Source of the DNA: Eledone cirrhosa
Taxonomy: Eukaryota
Assembly: GCA_964016885.1 (NCBI GenBank)
Contig: CAXHJY010000392.1
Span: 1 to 64,000, forward strand
Direction: 5' to 3'
DNA: 64,000 nucleotides
Shown: one piece after another, positions 1 to 11,800 of the stretch
Layout: every line of letters starts with the position of its first letter
How positions within the stretch are numbered: the stretch's first letter is position 1
Notes under the pieces: model-generated
Told to the model about the DNA's origin: nothing
Seen by the model: the letters and a program-made list of their open reading frames with translations, nothing else
Database searches by the model: none
Made by a program: the position numbers and the translations under genes

Positions 1-59
1 AACGTCGTTCTTCAACAAGCTATCTTTCTCTACTTTGTCTTCCCTCAAAACTACGTTCT

Positions 60-3000
60 TCACCAAGCTATCTTTCTCTACCTTGTCTTCCCCCGAAACT
101 TCGTTCTTCACCAAGCTATCTTTCTCTACCTTGTCTTCCCTCAAAACTTCGTTCTTCACCAAGCTATCTTTTTCGACCTTGTCTTCCCCCAAAACTTCGT
201 TCTTCACCAAACTATCTTTCTCTACCTTGTCTTCCCTCAAAACGTCGTTCTTCACCAAGCTATCTTTCTCTACCTTGTCCTCCCACAAAACTTCGTTCCT
301 CACCAAGCTATCTTTCTCTACCTTGTCTTCCCCCAAAATTTCGTTCTTCGCCAGCTATCTTTCTCTACCTTGTCTTCCGTCAAAACTTCGTTCTTCACCA
401 AGATATCTTTCTCTACCTTGTCTTCCCACAAAACGTCGTTCTTCACCAAGCTATCTTTCTCTACCTTGTCTTCCCTCAGAACTTCGTTCTTCACCAAGCT
501 ATCTTTCTCTACCTTGTCTTCCCCCAAAACTTCGTTCTTCACCAAGCTATCTTTCTCTACATTGTCTTCCCCAAAACTTCGTTCTTCACCAAGCTATCTT
601 TCTCTACCTTGTCTTCCCTGAAAACGTCGTTCTTCACCAAGCTATCTTTCTCTACCTTGTCTTCCCCCAAAACTTCGTTCTTCACCAAGCTATCTTTATC
701 TACATTGTCTTCCCCCAAAACTTCGTTCTTCACCAAGTCATCTTTCTCTACCTTGTCATCCCACAAAACGTCGTTCTTCACCAAGCTATCTTTCTCTATT
801 TTGTCGTCCCTCAAAACGTCGTTCTTCACCAAGCTATCTTTCTCTACCTTGTCTTCCCTCAAAATTTCGTTCTTCACCAAGTTATCTTTCTCGACCTTGT
901 CTTCTCCCAAAACTTCGTTATTCACCAAGCGATCTTTCTCTACCTTGTCTTCCCCCAAAACTTCGTTATTCACCAAGCTATCTTTCTCTACCTTGTCTTC
1001 CCTCAAAACTTCGTTCTTCACCAAGCTATCTTTCTCTACCTTGTCTTCCCCCAAAACTTCGTTCTTCACCAAGCTATCTTTCTCTACCTTGTCTTCTCCC
1101 AAAACTTCGTTATTCACCAAGCTATCTTTCTCTACCTTGTCTTCCCTCAAAACTTCGTTCTTCACCAAGCTATCTTTCTCTAGCATTGTCTTCACACAAA
1201 ACTTCGTTCTTCACCAAGCTATCTTTCTCTACCTTGTCTTCCCACAAAACGTCATTCTTCACCAAGCTATCTTTCTCTACCTTGTCTTCCGTCAAAACTT
1301 CGTTCTTCACCAAGATATCTTTCTCTACCTTGTCTTCTCCCAAAACTTCGTTCTTCACCAAGCTATCTTTCTCTACCTTGCCTTCCCTCAGAACTTCGTT
1401 CTTCAACAAGCTATCTTTCTCTACCTTGACTTCCCCCAAAACTTCGTTCTTCACCAAGCTATCTTTCTCTACATTGTCTTCCCCAAAACTTCGTTCTTCA
1501 CCAAGCTATCTTTCTCTACCTTGTCTCCCCTCAAAAAGTCGTTCTTCACCAAGCTATCTTTCTCTACCTTGTCTTCTCCCAAAACTTCGTTATTCACCAA
1601 GCTATCTTTCTCTACCTTGTCTTCCCTCAAACCTTCGTTCTTCACCAAGCTATCTTTCTCTACCTTGTCTTCCCCCAAAACTTCGTTCTTCACCAAGCTA
1701 TCTTTCTCTACCTTGTCTTCCCTCAAAACTTCGTTCTTCACCAAGCTATCTTTTTCGACCTTGTCTTCCCCCAAAACTTCGTTCTTCACCAAACTATCTT
1801 TCTCTACCTTGTCTTCCCTCAAAACGTCGTTCTTCACCAGGCTATCTTTCTCTACCTTGTCCTCCCACAAAACTTCGTTCCTCACCAAGCTATCTTTCTC
1901 TACCTTGTCTTCCCCCAAAATTTCGTTCTTCGCAAGCTATCTTTCTCTACCTTGTCTTCCGTCAAAACTTCGTTCTTCACCAAGATATCTTTCTCTACCT
2001 TGTCTTCCCACAAAACGTCGTTCTTCACCAAGCTATCTTTCTCTACCTTGTCTTCCCTCAGAACTTCGTTCTTCACCAAGCTATCTTTCTCTACCTTGTC
2101 TTCCCCCAAAACTTCGTTCTTCACCAAGCTATCTTTCTCTACATTGTCTTCCCCAAAACTTCGTTCTTCACCAAGCTATCTTTCTCTACCTTGTCTTCCC
2201 TCAAAACGTCGTTCTTCACCAATCTATCTTTCTCTACCTTGTCTTCCCCCAAAACTTCGTTCTTCACCAAGCTATCTTTATCTACATTGTCTTCCCCCAA
2301 AACTTCGTTCTTCACCAAGTCATCTTTCTCTACCTTGTCATCCCACAAAACGTCGTTCTTCACCAAGCTATCTTTCTCTATTTTGTCGTCCCTCAAAACG
2401 TCGTTCTTCACCAAGCTATCTTTCTCTACCTTGTCTTCCCTCAAAATTTCGTTCTTCACCAAGTTATCTTTCTCGACCTTGTCTTCTCCCAAAACTTCGT
2501 TATTCACCAAGCGATCTTTCTCTACCTTGTCTTCCCCCAAAACTTCGTTATTCACCAAGCTATCTTTCTCTACCTTGTCTTCCCTCAAAACTTCGTTCTT
2601 CACCAAGCTATCTTTCTCTACCTTGTCTTCCCCCAAAACTTCGTTCTTCACCAAGCTATCTTTCTCTACCTTGTCTTCTCCCAAAACTTCGTTATTCACC
2701 AAGCTATCTTTCTCTACCTTGTCTTCCCTCAAAACTTCGTTCTTCACCAAGCTATCTTTCTCTAGCTTGTCTTCACACAAAACTTCGTTCTTCACCAAGC
2801 TATCTTTCTCTACCTTGTCTTCCCACAAAACGTCATTCTTCACCAAGCTATCTTTCTCTATCTTGTCTTCCGTCAAAACTTCGTTCTTCACCAATATATC
2901 TTTCTCTACCTTGTCTCCTCCCAAAACTTCGTTCTTCACCAAGCTATCTTTCTCTACCTTGTCTTCCCTCAGAACTTCGTTCTTCACCAAGCTATCTTTC

Positions 3001-5800
3001 TCTACCTTGTCTTCCCCCAAAACTTCGTTCTTCACCAAGCTATCTTTCTCTACCTTGTCTTCCCCCAAAACTTTGTTCTTCACCAAGCTATCTTTCTCTA
3101 CCTTGTCTTCCCCGAAAACTTCGTTCTTCACCAAGCTATCTTTCTCTACCTTGTCTTCCCCTAAAACTTCGTTCTTCACCAAGCTATCTTTCTCTAGCTT
3201 GTCTTCACACAAAACTTCGTTCTTCACCAAGCTATCTTTCTCTACCTTGTCTTCCCACAAAACGTCATTCTTCATCAAGCTATCTTTCTCTACCTTGTCT
3301 TCCGTCAAAACTTCGTTCTTCACCAAGCTATCTTTCTCTACCTTGTCTTCTCCCAAAACTTCGTTATTCACCAAGCTATCTTTCTCTACCTTGTCTTCCC
3401 CCAAAACTTCGTTATTCACCAAGCTATCTTTCTCTACCTTGTCTTCCCTCAAAACTTCGTTCTTCACCAAGCTATCTTTCTCTACCTTGTCTTCCCCCAA
3501 AACTTCGTTCTTCACCAAGCTATCTTTCTCTACCTTGTCTTCTCCCAAAACTTCGTTATTCACCAAGCTATATTTCTCTACCTTGTCTTCCCTCAAAACT
3601 TCGTTCTTCACCAAGCTATCTTTCTCTAGCTTGTCTTCACACAAAACTTCGTTCTTCACCAAGCTATCTTTCTCTACCTTGTCTTCCCACAAAACGTCAT
3701 TCTTCACCAAGCTATCTTTCTCTATCTTGTCTTCCGTCAAAACTTCGTTCTTCACCAAGATATCTTTCTCTACCTTCTCTCCTCCCAAAACTTCGTTCTT
3801 CACCAAGCTATCTTTCTCTACCTTGTCTTCCCTCAGAACTTCGTTCTTCACCAAGATATCTTTCTCTACCTTGTCTTCTCCCAAAACTTCGTTCTTCACC
3901 AAGCTATCTTTCTCTACCTTGACTTCCCCCAAAACTTCGTTCTTCACCAAGCTATCTTTCTCTACATTGTCTTCCCCAAAACTTCGTTCTTCACCAAGCT
4001 ATCTTTCTCTACCTTGTCTCCCCTCAAAAAGTCGTTCTTCACCAAGCTCTCTTTCTCTACCTTGTCTTCTCCCAAAACTTCGTTATTCACCAAGCTATCT
4101 TTCTCTACCTTGTCTTCCCTCAAACCTTCGTTCTTCACCAAGCTATCTTTCTCTACCTTGTCTTCCCCCAAAACTTCGTTCTTCACCAAGCTATCTTTCT
4201 CTACATTGTCTTCCCCAAAACTTCGTTCTTCACCAAGCTATCTTTCTCTACCTTGTCTTCCCCCAAAACTTCGTTGTTCACCAAGCTATCTTTCTCTACC
4301 TCGTCTTCCCCCAAAACTTCGTTCTTCACCAAGCTATCTTTCTCTACCTTGTCTTCCCCCAAAACTTCTTTCTTCACCAAGCTATCTTTCTCTACCTTGT
4401 CTTCCCACAAAACTTCGTTCTTCACCAAGCTATCTTTCTCTACCTTGTCTTCCCACAAAACGTCGTTCTTCACCAAGCTATCTTTCTCTACTTTGTCTTC
4501 CCTCAAAACTTCGTTCTTCACCAAGCTATCTTTTTCGACCTTGTCTTCCCCCAAAACTTCGTTCTTCACCAAGCTATCTTTCTCTACCTTGTCTTCCCTC
4601 AAAACGTCGTTCTTCACCAAGCTATCTTTCTCTACCTTGTCCTCCCACAAAACTTCGTTCTTCACCAAGCTATCTTTCTCTACCTTGTCTTCCCCCAAAA
4701 TTTCGTTCTTCGCAAGCTATCTTTCTCTACCTTGTCTTCCGTCAAAACTTCGTTCTTCACCAAGATATCTTTCTCTACCTTGTCTTCCCACAAAACGTCG
4801 TTCTTCACCAAGCTATCTTTCTCTACCTTGTCTTCCCTCAGAACTTCGTTCTTCACCAAGCTATCTTTCTCTACCTTGTCTTCCCCCAAAACTTCGTTCT
4901 TCACCAAGCTATCTTTCTCTACATTGTCTTCCCCAAAACTTCGTTCTTCACCAAGCTATCTTTCTCTACCTTGTCTTCCCTCAAAACGTCGTTCTTCACC
5001 AAGCTATCTTTCTCTACCTTGTCTTCCCCCAAAACTTCGTTCTTCACCAAGCTATCTTTATCAACATTGTCTTCCCCCAAAACTTCGTTCTTCACCAAGT
5101 CATCTTTCTCTACCTTGTCATCCCACAAAACGTCGTTCTTCACCAATCTATCTTTCTCTATTTTGTCGTCCCTCAAAACGTCGTTCTTCACCAAGCTATC
5201 TTTCTCTACCTTGTCTTCCCTCAAAATTTCGTTCTTCACCAAGCTATCTTTCTCGACCTTGTCTTCTCCCAAAACTTCGTTATTCACCAAGCGATCTTTC
5301 TCTACCTTGTCTTCCCCCAAAACTTCGTTATTCACCAAGCTATCTTTCTCTACCTTGTCTTCCCTCAAAACTTCGTTCTTCACCAAGCTATCTTTCTCTA
5401 CCTTGTCTTCCCCCAAAACTTCGTTCTTCACCAAGCTATCTTTCTCTACCTTGTCTTCTCCCAAAACTTCGTTATTCACCAAGCTATCTTTCTCTACCTT
5501 GTCTTCCCTCAAAACTTCGTTCTTCACCAAGCTATCTTTCTCTAGCTTGTCTTCACACAAAACTTCGTTCTTCACCAAGCTATCTTTCTCTACCTTGTCT
5601 TCCCACAAAACGTCATTCTTCACCAAGCTATCTTTCTCTATCTTGTCTTCCGTCAAAACTTCGTTCTTCACCAAGATATCTTTCTCTACCTTGTCTCCTC
5701 CCAAAACTTCGTTCTTCACCAAGCTATCTTTCTCTACCTTGTCTTCCCTCAGAACTTCGTTCTTCACCAAGCTATCTTTCTCTACCTTGTCTTCCCCCAA
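60..5800. repeat. Three related copies of a ~1.2-kb multi-monomer block (offsets 1582 and 2780 bp)
   Basis: Near-identical ORFs lie at 318/1900/4680 and ORF ends at 557/2139/4919. The copies share the rare variants TTTTCGACC, TTTATC, AAGTCATC, TATTTTGTCGTC and AAGCGATC. 1582=33x48-2 and 2780=58x48-4. Confidence 0.85.
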
Positions 5801-8800
5801 AACTTCGTTCTTCACCAAGCTATCTTTCTCTACCTTGTCTTCCCACAAAACTTTGTTCTTCACCAAGCTATCTTTCTCTACCTTGTCTTCCCCGAAAACT
5901 TCGTTCTTCACCAAGCTATCTTTCTCTACCTTGTCTTCCCCTAAAACTTCGTTCTTCACCAAGCTATCTTTCTCTAGCTTGTCTTCACACAAAACTTCGT
6001 TCTTCACCAAGCTATCTTTCTCTACCTTGTCTTCCCACAAAACGTCATTCTTCACCAAGCTATCTTTCTCTACCTTGTCTTCCGTCAAAACTTCGTTCTT
6101 CACCAAGCTATCTTTCTCGACCTTGTCTTCTCCCAAAACTTCGTTATTCACCAAGCTATCTTTCTCTACCTTGTCTTCCCCCAAAACTTCGTTATTCACC
6201 AAGCTATCTTTCTCTACCTTGTCTTCCCTCAAAACTTCGTTCTTCACCAAGCTATCTTTCTCTACCTTGTCTTCCCCCAAAACTTCGTTCTTCACCAAGC
6301 TATCTTTCTCTACCTTGTCTTCTCCCAAAACTTCGTTATTCACCAAGCTATCTTTCTCTACCTTGTCTTCCCTCAAAACTTCGTTCTTCACCAAGCTATC
6401 TTTCTCTAGCTTGTCTTCACACAAAACTTCGTTCTTCACCAAGCTATCTTTCTCTACCTTGTCTTCCCACAAAACGTCATTCTTCACCAAGCTATATTTC
6501 TCTATCTTGTCTTCCGTCAAAACTTCGTTCTTCACCAAGATATCTTTCTCTACCTTGTCTCCTCCCAAAACTTCGTTCTTCACCAAGCTATCTTTCTGTA
6601 CCTTGTCTTCCCCAACAACTTTGTTCTTCACCAAGCTATCTTTCTCTACCTTGTCTTCCCCCAAAACTTTGTTCTTCACCAAGCTATCTTTCTCTACCTT
6701 GTCTTCCCCGAAAACTTCGTTCTTCACCAAGCTATCTTTCTCTACCTTGTCTTCCCCTAAAACTTCGTTCTTCACCAAGCTATCTTTCTCTAGCTTGTCT
6801 TCACACAAAACTTCGTTCTTCACCAAGCTATCTTTCTCTACCTTGTCTTCCCACAAAACGTCATTCTTCACCAAGCTATCTTTCTCTACCTTGTCTTCCG
6901 TCAAAACTTCGTTCTTCACCAAGCTATCTTTCTCTAACTTGTCTTCCCTCAAAACGTCGTTCTTCACCAAGCTATCTTTCTCTACCTTGTCTTCCCCCAA
7001 AACTTCGTTCTTCACCAAGCTATCTTTCTCTACCTTGTCTTCCCCCAAAACTTCGTTCTTCGCAAGCTATCTTTCTCTACCTTGTCTTCCCCCAAAACTT
7101 CGTTCTTCACCAAGCTATCTTTCTCTACCTTGTCTTCTCACAAAACGTCGTTCTTCACCAAGCTATCTTTCTCTACCTTGTCTTCCCTCAAAACGTCGTT
7201 CTTCACCAAGCTATCTTTCTCTACCTTGTCTTCCCTCAAAACATCGTTCTTCACCAAGCTATCTTTCTCTACCTTGTCTTCTCCCAAAACTTCGTTATTC
7301 ACCAAGCTATCTTTCTCTACCTTGTCTTCCCTCAAAACTTTGTTCTTCACCAAGCTATCTTTCTCTACATTGTCTTCCCCCAAAACTTCGTTCTTCACCA
7401 AGCTATCTTTCTCTACCTTGTCATCCCCCAAAACTTCGTTCTTCACCAAGCTATCTTTCTCTAGCTTGTCTTCACACAAAACTTCGTTCTTCACCAAGCT
7501 ATCTTTCTCTACCTTGTCTTCCCACAAAACGTCATTCTTCACCAAGCTATCTTTCTCTACCTTGTCTTCCGTCGAAACTTCGTTCTTCACCAAGATATCT
7601 TTCTCTACCTTGTTTTCTCCCAAAACTTCGTTCTTCACCAAGCTATCTTTCTCTACCTTGTCTTCCCTCAGAACTTCGTTCTTCACCAAGCTATCTTTCT
7701 CTACCTTGTCTTCCCTCAAAACGTCGTTCTTCACCAAGCTATCTTTCTCTACCTTGTCTTCCCTCAAAACATCGTTCTTCACCAAGCTATCTTTCTCTAC
7801 CTTGTCTTCCCCCAAAACTTCGTTCTTCACCAAGCTATCTTTCTCTACCTTGTCTTCCCACAAAACTTTGTTCTTCACCAAGCTATCTTTCTCTACCTTG
7901 TCTTCCCCGAAAACTTCGTTCTTCACCAAGCTATCTTTCTCTACCTTGTCTTCCCCTAAAACTTCGTTCTTCACCAAGCTATCTTTCTCTAGCTTGTCTT
8001 CACACAAAACTTCGTTCTTCACCAAGCTATCTTTCTCTACCTTGTCTTCCCACAAAACGTCATTCTTCACCAAGCTATCTTTCTCTACCTTGTCTTCCGT
8101 CAAAACTTCGTTCTTCACCAAGCTATCTTTCTCGACCTTGTCTTCTCCCAAAACTTCGTTATTCACCAAGCTATCTTTCTCTACCTTGTCTTCCCCCAAA
8201 ACTTCGTTATTCACCAAGCTATCTTTCTCTACCTTGTCTTCCCTCAAAACTTCGTTCTTCACCAAGCTATCTTTCTCTACCTTGTCTTCCCCCAAAACTT
8301 CGTTCTTCACCAAGCTATCTTTCTCTACCTTGTCTTCTCCCAAAACTTCGTTATTCACCAAGCTATCTTTCTCTACCTTGTCTTCCCTCAAAACTTCGTT
8401 CTTCACCAAGCTATCTTTCTCTAGCTTGTCTTCACACAAAACTTCGTTCTTCACCAAGCTATCTTTCTCTACCTTGTCTTCCCACAAAACGTCATTCTTC
8501 ACCAAGCTATATTTCTCTATCTTGTCTTCCGTCAAAACTTCGTTCTTCACCAAGATATCTTTCTCTACCTTGTCTCCTCCCAAAACTTCGTTCTTCACCA
8601 AGCTATCTTTCTGTACCTTGTCTTCCCCAAAAACTTTGTTCTTCACCAAGCTATCTTTCTCTACCTTGTCTTCCCCCAAAACTTTGTTCTTCACCAAGCT
8701 ATCTTTCTCTACCTTGTCTTCCCCGAAAACTTCGTTCTTCACCAAGCTATCTTTCTCTACCTTGTCTTCCCCTAAAACTTCGTTCTTCACCAAGCTATCT

Positions 8801-11800
8801 TTCTCTAGCTTGTCTTCACACAAAACTTCGTTCTTCACCAAGCTATCTTTCTCTACCTTGTCTTCCCACAAAACGTCATTCTTCACCAAGCTATCTTTCT
8901 CTACCTTGTCTTCCGTCAAAACTTCGTTCTTCACCAAGCTATCTTTCTCTAACTTGTCTTCCCTCAAAACGTCGTTCTTCACCAAGCTATCTTTCTCTAC
9001 CTTGTCTTCCCCCAAAACTTCGTTCTTCACCAAGCTATCTTTCTCTACCTTGTCTTCCCCCAAAACATCGTTCTTCGCAAGCTATCTTTCTCTACCTTGT
9101 CTTCCCCCAAAACTTCGTTCTTCACCAAGCTATCTTTCTCTACCTTGTCTTCTCACAAAACGTCGTTCTTCACCAAGCTATCTTTCTCTACCTTGTCTTC
9201 CCTCAAAACGTCGTTCTTCACCAAGCTATCTTTCTCTACCTTGTCTTCCCTCAAAACATCGTTCTTCACCAAGCTATCTTTCTCTACCTTGTCTTCTCCC
9301 AAAACTTCGTTATTCACCAAGCTATCTTTCTCTACCTTGTCTTCCCTCAAAACTTTGTTCTTCACCAAGCTATCTTTCTCTACATTGTCTTCCCCCAAAA
9401 CTTCGTTCTTCACCAAGCTATCTTTCTCTACCTTGTCATCCCCCAAAACTTCGTTCTTCACCAAGCTATCTTTCTCTAGCTTGTCTTCACACAAAACTTC
9501 GTTCTTCACCAAGCTATCTTTCTCTACCTTGTCTTCCCACAAAACGTCATTCTTCACCAAGCTATCTTTCTCTACCTTGTCTTCCGTCGAAACTTCGTTC
9601 TTCACCAAGCTATCTTTCTCTACCTTGTCTTCCCTCAGAACTTCGTTCTTCACCAAGCTATCTTTCTCTACCTTGTCTTCCCCCAAAACTTCGTTCTTCA
9701 CCAAGCTATCTTTCTCTACCTTGTCTTCCCACAAAACTTTGTTCTTCACCAAGCTATCTTTCTCTACCTTGTCTTCCCCGAAAACTTCGTTCTTCACCAA
9801 GCTATCTTTCTCTACCTTGTCTTCCCCTAAAACTTCGTTCTTCACCAAGCTATCTTTCTCTAGCTTGTCTTCACACAAAACTTCGTTCTTCACCAAGCTA
9901 TCTTTCTCTACCTTGTCTTCCCACAAAACGTCATTCTTCACCAAGCTATCTTTCTCTACCTTGTCTTCCGTCAAAACTTCGTTCTTCACCAAGCTATCTT
10001 TCTCGACCTTGTCTTCTCCCAAAACTTCGTTATTCACCAAGCTATCTTTCTCTACCTTGTCTTCCCCCAAAACTTCGTTATTCACCAAGCTATCTTTCTC
10101 TACCTTGTCTTCCCTCAAAACTTCGTTCTTCACCAAGCTATCTTTCTCTACCTTGTCTTCCCCCAAAACTTCGTTCTTCACCAAGCTATCTTTCTCTACC
10201 TTGTCTTCTCCCAAAACTTCGTTATTCACCAAGCTATCTTTCTCTACCTTGTCTTCCCTCAAAACTTTGTTCTTCACCAAGCTATCTTTCTCTACATTGT
10301 CTTCCCCCAAAACTTCGTTCTTCACCAAGCTATCTTTCTCTACCTTGTCATCCCCCAAAACTTCGTTCTTCACCAAGCTATCTTTCTCTAGCTTGTCTTC
10401 ACACAAAACTTCGTTCTTCACCAAGCTATCTTTCTCTACCTTGTCTTCCCACAAAACGTCATTCTTCACCAAGCTATCTTTCTCTACCTTGTCTTCCGTC
10501 GAAACTTCGTTCTTCACCAAGATATCTTTCTCTACCTTGTTTTCTCCCAAAACTTCGTTCTTCACCAAGCTATCTTTCTCTACCTTGTCTTCCCTCAGAA
10601 CTTCGTTCTTCACCAAGCTATCTTTCTCTACCTTGTCTTCCCTCAAAACGTCGTTCTTCACCAAGCTATCTTTCTCTACCTTGTCTTCCCTCAAAACATC
10701 GTTCTTCACCAAGCTATCTTTCTCTACCTTGTCTTCTCCCAAAACTTCGTTATTCACCAAGCTATCTTTCTCTACCTTGTCTTCCCTCAAAACTTCGTTC
10801 TTCACCAAGCTATCTTTCTCTACCTTGTCTTCCCCCAAAACTTCGTTCTTCACCAAGCTATCTTTCTCTACCTTGTCTTCCCCCAAAACTTCGTTCTTCA
10901 CCAAGCTATCTTTCTCTACCTTGTCCTCCCACAAAACTTTGTTCTTCACCAAGCTATCTTTCTCTACCTTGTCTTCCCCGAAAACTTCGTTCTTCACCAA
11001 GCTATCTTTCTCTACCTTGTCTTCCCCTAAAACTTCGTTCTTCACCAAGCTATCTTTCTCTAGCTTGTCTTCACACAAAACTTCGTTCTTCACCAAGCTA
11101 TCTTTCTCTACCTTGTCTTCCCACAAAACGTCATTCTTCACCAAGCTATCTTTCTCTACCTTGTCTTCCGTCAAAACTTCGTTCTTCACCAAGCTATCTT
11201 TCTCGACCTTGTCTTCTCCCAAAACTTCGTTATTCACCAAGCTATCTTTCTCTACCTTGTCTTCCCCCAAAACTTCGTTATTCACCAAGCTATCTTTCTC
11301 TACCTTGTCTTCCCTCAAAACTTCGTTCTTCACCAAGCTATCTTTCTCTACCTTGTCTTCCCCCAAAACTTCGTTCTTCACCAAGCTATCTTTCTCTACC
11401 TTGTCTTCTCCCAAAACTTCGTTATTCACCAAGCTATCTTTCTCTACCTTGTCTTCCCTCAAAACTTCGTTCTTCACCAAGCTATCTTTCTCTAGCTTGT
11501 CTTCACACAAAACTTCGTTCTTCACCAAGCTATCTTTCTCTACCTTGTCTTCCCACAAAACGTCATTCTTCACCAAGCTATATTTCTCTATCTTGTCTTC
11601 CGTCAAAACTTCGTTCTTCACCAAGATATCTTTCTCTACCTTGTCTCCTCCCAAAACTTCGTTCTTCACCAAGCTATCTTTCTGTACCTTGTCTTCCCCA
11701 AAAACTTTGTTCTTCACCAAGCTATCTTTCTCTACCTTGTCTTCCCCCAAAACTTTGTTCTTCACCAAGCTATCTTTCTCTACCTTGTCTTCCCCGAAAA

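Noticed and set aside
147-163. CENP-B box (CTTCGTT matches its 5' end)
   Set aside because: CTTCGTTCTTCACCAAG lacks the central A and the CGGG required by NTTCGNNNNANNCGGGN.
560-580. Programmed -1 frameshifting at minus-strand T TTG GGG rescuing a mega-ORF
   Set aside because: Canonical X XXY YYZ sites have Y=A/U, there is no evident stimulatory structure, dozens of serial shifts would be needed, and in-frame stops remain.
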